From contig OZ024741.1 of NCBI GenBank assembly GCA_964016885.1, positions 76,446,001 to 76,510,000 on the forward strand: a stretch of DNA of 64,000 bases, read 5' to 3'. Both the position numbers and the translations under genes were made by a program. Shown here one piece after another: positions 57,645-64,000 of the stretch (the stretch's first letter is position 1; every line of letters starts with the position of its first letter). Source of the stretch: Eledone cirrhosa (lineage: Eukaryota). The notes under the pieces were generated by a model. The model was not told the DNA's origin. It did no database searches and saw nothing but the letters and a program-made list of their open reading frames with translations.

Positions 57645-57825
57645 ATTGGCAGTATCGGTAGAGGGTCGGACGCCATGCTTTGGAGCATGGAGTTACGGCC
57701 CTTGCTATTCTGAGTTCGAATCCCGCCAAGGTTAACTTTGCCTTTCATCCTTACGGGGTCGATAAAATAAAGTACCAGTAATGCAATGGTTAATTGCTGG
57801 CCTTGTGCTAAAAGTAGAAACAATT
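57645..57825 (+). mobile_element. tRNA-derived SINE (abundant family)
   Basis: TGGCAGTATCGG, GAGTTCGAATCC, TTTGCCTTTCATCCTTACGGGGTCGATAAAATAAAGTACCAG. Confidence 0.9.
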
Positions 57826-58176
57826 ATTATTATTGTCGTTATTGTTATTATCTTTTTTTTTTCGTGCTGTGGCCATACTCGATAACGAGGGGGCAGCCAT
57901 CATATATGTATGTATGTAGGTATATATATGAATCTACCTACCTATATATGTACTAAGAACAAACGTAGGGTGGAGGAAGTAAAAGTAAGGCCACCCACAT
58001 CGAAGAAGATGCTGAAGTGGCCATCGTTAAAGTCCAACAGCAAAAACCTTAAACTCTCCGGAGACAAAGGCCAATGAAAGACAGCGACACTCGATTTTAA
58101 TGGTCGTCTACTTTTATGTCCGTGTGTTTAGGTATGCGCGTATGTACATACGTACGTACGTATGTACATATGTATG

Positions 58177-58210
<34 letters not shown>

Positions 58211-58934
58211 TTGTTTGTATGTATGTGTGTGTGTGTGTGTATATATATATGTATGTATGTATGAATGTGTGTGTATGTATGTGAGTGTATATGAACGTAT
58301 GTCTGTATGTGCTTGTGTGTGTATACATATTAGCATATGTAGGTATGTTTGTATATCTCTATGTATGATGTGATGACTGGAGGTTAGTGTGTGTATATGC
58401 GTGTCCAAAGGGAGCCGAGCATTCTGAATATGGCGGTTGGAAAAAAAACCTTGAAAACAATTGAGCCTACCCTCACAATTTCAAGACCTTTGCTCCCTTT
58501 GCAGAAGTTCAAATTATAAGAAGCCACCAAGTGATAAAGCCATAACAACTTAAGCCGATCCACATTTAAAAAAAAACAAAAACATCTTAGACAATGTAAT
58601 GGGAGTATACCTCATTACGAGGCCAAATTGATGAAAGCAAAGGACATGTTTCAAACTTATTAGATCTCTTCAGTGAAGTATATTTAATAAATTAATTAGA
58701 CTAGTATACAGTCAAATATATATAGCGAAGGTGAAAGGAATAATGCAGTGATTACGTTTGTCAAAAAGGTGTAAGACGAAAATACCTGGTGCAAGAGGGG
58801 AGAAGCTCTGCTTAAAGTGTATATACACAAGTAGAGTTTAGCTGTCTCAATATGGCGAATGGGGGGAAAATGTCACTGAACTTCGCTAAGGAGATCTAAC
58901 AAGATCGAAGCATGTCCGTTGCTTTAACCAATGA

Positions 58935-59048
<114 letters not shown>

Positions 59049-59417
59049 TTATTAAAAAGCGGCGACTCTAACACACTTATCACTTCTACATTTTAACGCG
59101 TTTGTAAATTTTCTGTGTTTACAATAATCGACTTCTACTGTATATACTACGCAGCCAGCCCATGATTCTCTCTTTTAGGAGAAGTGGGACTTCGATGCAT
59201 ATGGTATGCATTATACCAATTTTGATATTCTATCTTTGTTGTTGTGATATCCCGAGTGTATATTCTTTATCCATGCTATTCTCAGGGACATATTCCATTT
59301 TTTTACACAATAATCTATAGAATCTAGTTTGTCAGCATTTACGTTTTTCTTGAGAGTGTAGATTTTTTTTTTCATTTTTCCCCGCAAAAAAAAAAACAAC
59401 TGTTTCACACATACACA

Positions 59418-59467
<50 letters not shown>

Positions 59468-59487
59468 CGTGCTCTCTCTCTCTCTCC

Positions 59488-59538
<51 letters not shown>

Positions 59539-59756
59539 ATATATATATTATATATATAAAATCTTTTCCTGAGTCCTGTATTTTCGCTATATTTCGCTAT
59601 ATTTGATTTGCTAAGCTGTCTAAACGTATTGTTATTACTCTGGGGTACTTTTTCCCATCCGAGTGCTAAAACTACATACCGAATTTGCATTCGTTAGCTT
59701 GGCCGCGAACTGAAGCTTCGTTAATGCTGTACTAAAATTTATATATATATATATAT

Positions 59757-59950
59757 ATAGGAAAATAGTCAGGACCCCGACGGCTGAGCTCCGGCTGTTT
59801 CGACAGCTAGATCTAGCTGTCGAAACGGCTGGAGTTCAGCCGTCGGGGTCCTGACTCTTTTCCTATTACCCACTCTACTACCCTAAGTATCGAGTACTCT
59901 GGTGCGTTATGGTTCACCCAGTCCCTTACCACACTTCGTTCGTTACATAT
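59757..59950 (+). mobile_element. Fold-back HHR-derived short element (arms 59757-59811 and 59812-59866, no spacer)
   Basis: Centre GACAGCTAGATCTAGCTGTC; right arm GAA-ACGGCTG-GAGTT-CAGCCGT-C-GGGGTC; tail matches 45511-45560. Confidence 0.88.
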
Positions 59951-60710
59951 ATTTTTATTGTTTGACCCGAATTACTTGGTCGTTTATTTTGGTTGTGCGG
60001 ATGATTTGTTTAACCACCATCTCAGTGTGTTTGGCCCTTAACGTATGTTGTAGCTCTGATTCATATGAATCATCGAGCGCTTGCCACACATCTCGGAGGT
60101 TGATTTTCGTTAATTCCTGAGCTGAAGTACGATTCTCGCTAATATATATTTGTATATATATATATATATATACATTGCTCCCCCCCTCTCTCTCTGCTCT
60201 TTGTTGTTGTTGATGATGGTGATTTGTCCGGTACAATGAATAGATTCACAGAACTGCAGTTTTCGCTCTCACAGACTAATATTTCTTTCTTCTGTTGTTG
60301 TCTTTGTTGCTGCTGTTGCTCTACTACCGCTACAACCTCTCCAGGCACTCTATACACTCTTCCATCCTTAATATATACTTCAATGCGCTGGGCTCTAGGT
60401 TACTACTCCATCCTCTCCTAGTATGTATCTCAATATACTAGGCTACCACCTTCTATATATACCTCAATATGCTAAGGTAACACTCCCACAATAGGTGATC
60501 GCCCACCCGGCTAGAAATAGCAGTTAAATCTGCCACAAACTACACCGTCATACCGTCTTAGTAAAAAACTCATTGGATAAAGTAGTAATAGATGCAATAT
60601 GCCTGAAAATATACAGGGGGAGCCATGCCTGGAACGCTTTTGGTCACATGTATTCTCGATCTGAAATTCAGCAGATTTCCACAACTCCACTAGACTACCT
60701 CTCTCATAAA

Positions 60711-61010
60711 GCTGCGTGGCTTAGTTGTTAGGATGTTTGGCTCACGATTGTAAGGGCGTAAGTTCGATTCCGCGGGGGTGCGTTGTGTCCTACGGCAAGG
60801 CACTATTTCACGTTGATCTAGTCCACTAAACAGGCAAAAATGAGTTGTACCTGTAATTCAAAGAGCCAGGTTTGTAACACTTATATCAAGGTGAATCTTC
60901 TTAAGAACTACGTTAAAGGTACACATGTCTGTAGAATGATCAGCCATAAATACGTTAATTTCCCGAGTTTCCGTTGTTCAAACAACTGGAACCCTCATCA
61001 TCAAACGACG
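60711..61010 (+). mobile_element. tRNA-derived SINE (head related to 12494)
   Basis: TGGCTTAGTTG A box, GTTCGATTCC B box, GTTGTGTCC..GGCAAGGCACT CORE-like block. Confidence 0.8.
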
Positions 61011-61092
61011 AAGGTCCAGCAACAACAACAACAACAACCTCCCTCATAATGTATCACACATCACCAATATGAACCACTCACACACAGACACA

Positions 61093-61155
<63 letters not shown>

Positions 61156-61167
61156 CTCTCTCTCTCT

Positions 61168-61200
<33 letters not shown>

Positions 61201-61204
<4 letters not shown>

Positions 61205-61370
61205 GAGGTGTTTACGGACTCGGTCCGTACTACTGGGGTTGTATCCTTTGAGGGTGAGAAGCCTGTCGTCTCGATACAGGCTACCGCCGAACGCAGGAAA
61301 CTTTTCGATGAGTTTATGGAGTAAATATAGTCCTATAAGGTCGGTCATCTCGGCCGACTCAGTCGAGCCC

Positions 61371-61372
<2 letters not shown>
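61201..61372 (-). mobile_element. Isolated Penelope-like RT core fragment
   Basis: MGSTESAEMTDLIGLYLL..LYRDDRL..DRVRKHLI matches PLE RT motifs MGS..GAE...L.GL and YRDDGL; (TA)n on both sides. Confidence 0.85.
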
Positions 61373-61415
<43 letters not shown>

Positions 61416-61572
61416 GTGTGTGTGTGTAATGCATTTTTAGTTTGCAGAAAAGGATTGTTGTTCTTATTAAATCTTGTCATTTTGTCATTGTCAAACCGTT
61501 TCTAGTGACAGATTATAGAGTACCTTCTTCATTGGATCATTTTTTCTGGAGCAGCAGGAGCAGCAGCAGCAA

Positions 61573-61610
<38 letters not shown>

Positions 61611-61760
61611 AGTAGTAGTAGTAGTAGTAGTAGTAGTAGGGGCATAGGCGACTGTGGTTGATAATTATGATGATTATGATGTTGCTTTTCGTCATTCCGA
61701 GAACGTTAAAATAAGTATCAGTTGGATACTGGGGCCAATATAATTGTCTACACCCCACCT

Positions 61761-62050
61761 TTGTATGAGATAGTCAGTACTAAATCGTGGATCACAACCC
61801 GTACGACATATCCACTGCTAAATCTGTAAGTCGCACACAAAATGGAGTATCCAGTATTGGATCTGTGCACAACCCTCTCAATGAAATATGTAGCAACTGT
61901 GAGTGATATTTAGTATGAAATATCCTGCACCAGATCTGTGAGCCTCACTCAGTATGAAATATTCAGTGTCCACTATCTGCGGTCACATCTAGTATGGAAT
62001 ATCTAATACTGGATGTGGGTCATAGCCAGTATGAGATATCCAGTGCTGTA
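61761..62050. repeat. Degenerate tandem repeat, about 39-bp period, about 7 units
   Basis: Consensus near AGTATGAAATATCCAGTACTGGATCTGTGGGTCACACTC. Confidence 0.7.
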
Positions 62051-62194
62051 TTCCTGTCGTCACGGATCTCAACTAGTCTCCCCCTACCCTTCACTCCTTT
62101 ATATTATCTTGATGCTTCCTGTTTATTACAATAACCAACTAAACTTATATTCCTGCTGACACATACAAATTACTATTTTAACCATTCTAATAAT

Positions 62195-62375
62195 TGTTTC
62201 TACTTTTTGGCACAACGTCAGCAATTAACCAGTGCATTACTGGTACTTTATTTTATCGACCCCGTAAGGATGAAAGGCAAAGTTAACCTCGGCGAGATTC
62301 GAACTCAGAATGGCAAGGGCCGTAACTCTATCCGTCAAAGCATAGCGTCCGACCCTCTACCGATACTGCCAATCC
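62195..62375 (-). mobile_element. tRNA-derived SINE (abundant family)
   Basis: Reverse complement of 57645-57825. Confidence 0.9.
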
Positions 62376-62906
62376 AAATATCCCTGGCTTGTAATTATCA
62401 ACTATAGTCAACTAAACAGTGCTTCGAGTCAATAGTTGGGGTACTCTATATTAAAAGTGGGAAACCCCTCGACTGCAAGCAAAATTAGATCCTTGCATTC
62501 AATTTTAAAACTGACCACTGATGAAGTCCCTAAATATGATATGATTAAAAGATTCTCAAAGTGGGTGGACACCCCCACCCCCCGGGTGGGGTGTTGAGAA
62601 TGTCCGGGGAACGCTGGGGCCTAAGGGGTGTGGGGTGGTAGAAATTATATAATAGTACATTAAATGATACACACTATATAATAATAGTAAAATAAAAAAT
62701 ATATATTTATTTACACATAGTATGTTATATTATTTATCTATATATAATATAAAAGATGTTCATTGGTTGATTGGTTGGTTTAATCACACGAAAACTACAC
62801 ACACACACACACACATTATCTCCAGAGATTCTGGACTTGGCAATGGCAATGAACGACAGACCCACGTAGAGATCAATTGTTCAGTCGATTTCGGCTGATG
62901 ATGATA

Positions 62907-62940
<34 letters not shown>

Positions 62941-63866
62941 ATCTTAACCATATCAATTTGCTTCAATTACGAGACTCAGTAAAGACAGCATCACAATCGC
63001 ATCTAATTTTTTACTTCTACTATCTCATCCGAAATATCTGTTATCTCAATGCATTCCGAGTTCAAATACCGCCTCCTTTAACCGGGAAAATGGCGACATC
63101 ATAGAACTGAGGCCTCTATAATTAAAACAACCAAGGTACCATCCTATGGGATGCAGCCTCATAAAAGATGTAAGCCGTAACACGCAGCAGTTGCTGTTTC
63201 TTTCCACTTATAATTGTGGTTGCGGCTCATACCTGCGTAAGTTTAACCAGACTTGCCAACTCTTTCTGTCCGACGGGGAGATCTCACACCCATTTTGGGA
63301 TGGGTGAGAAATGTCTTCTCTTGTGAGAGTATAACTTTCATTATAGCCCCCCATTTTCCCCCCATTTCTTCCCGTTTTGGGGCACTCTTTTTCATGTTAC
63401 TACCCGTTTTGGTTTTTAGAGGTTAACAGGTTTGGTTTACGAGATTGCATCTCACAGTCGGTTTCTTGGGCGTTCTAATGATAGGTGCGGAATGTGTGAC
63501 TAATGAGCATTGACAATTAGATAAATAGTTGTTTGGTTATTTAACCAACCAGTGAATGGATTACCTGATTAATAACTAAAAAAAAATTTAAACAATGAAG
63601 TGAAACTCGCTGGTGCATGTTTTTATTGGCAGCATCACCCAAACTATAATGATCTGTTTTAACACACAGTTTAACATAAAGAATCTTGCAAAAACAAATA
63701 CAGAAACGAAGTATCTCCCACCCACCCCCTCTCTGTCCATACACACGAGGTTTCGGGTTTGCTAACACTGCATGATATCTTGGGCAGGTGACTTTTATTT
63801 TAGTTTCGGGTTGACCAATGCTCGTGAAGAAATTTGTTAGATGAAAACTACAGGAGCCCCTCGTGA

Positions 63867-63988
<122 letters not shown>

Positions 63989-64000
63989 ATACTTTAGGAA

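Noticed and set aside
59955-60122. Minus-strand frame ELTKINLRDVWQALDDSYESELQHTLR as a host exon
   Set aside because: Lies between a TE tail and (TA)n, contains a palindrome, and matches no family I recognise; cannot be supported.
62518-62560. CTGATGA as an HHR core (also near 9714 and 10377)
   Set aside because: No closed stem II followed by GAAA.

Overview
AT-rich, microsatellite-dense animal genomic DNA; the SINE, RTE and Penelope repertoire suggests an octopod cephalopod (inference from repeat style, not a database result). Only one convincing host exon is present: a first coding exon at 24108-24500 (+) for a type II single-pass membrane protein, so most downstream sequence is probably intron or intergenic. 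The rest is mobile DNA: a near-intact RTE LINE with one frameshift, a second RTE-type LINE with an inverted 5' third, RTE-derived short elements, Penelope-like (PLE) remnants, CR1-like and R4/Dong-like LINE remnants, two Helitrons, tRNA-SINEs and about 11 kb of CAC-based minisatellite. Most notable: (1) many hammerhead-ribozyme (HHR) motifs, several of which survive only as fold-back palindromes centred on HHR stem II with the CUGANGA core replaced by an inverted copy; (2) a structured 5' head module shared by an RTE LINE and two short RTE-derived families; (3) two twin-priming-like 5' inversions; (4) many young fold-backs beside (TA)n tracts. Most short ORFs in the track are microsatellite artefacts. 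All structures were read by eye and none was folded computationally.
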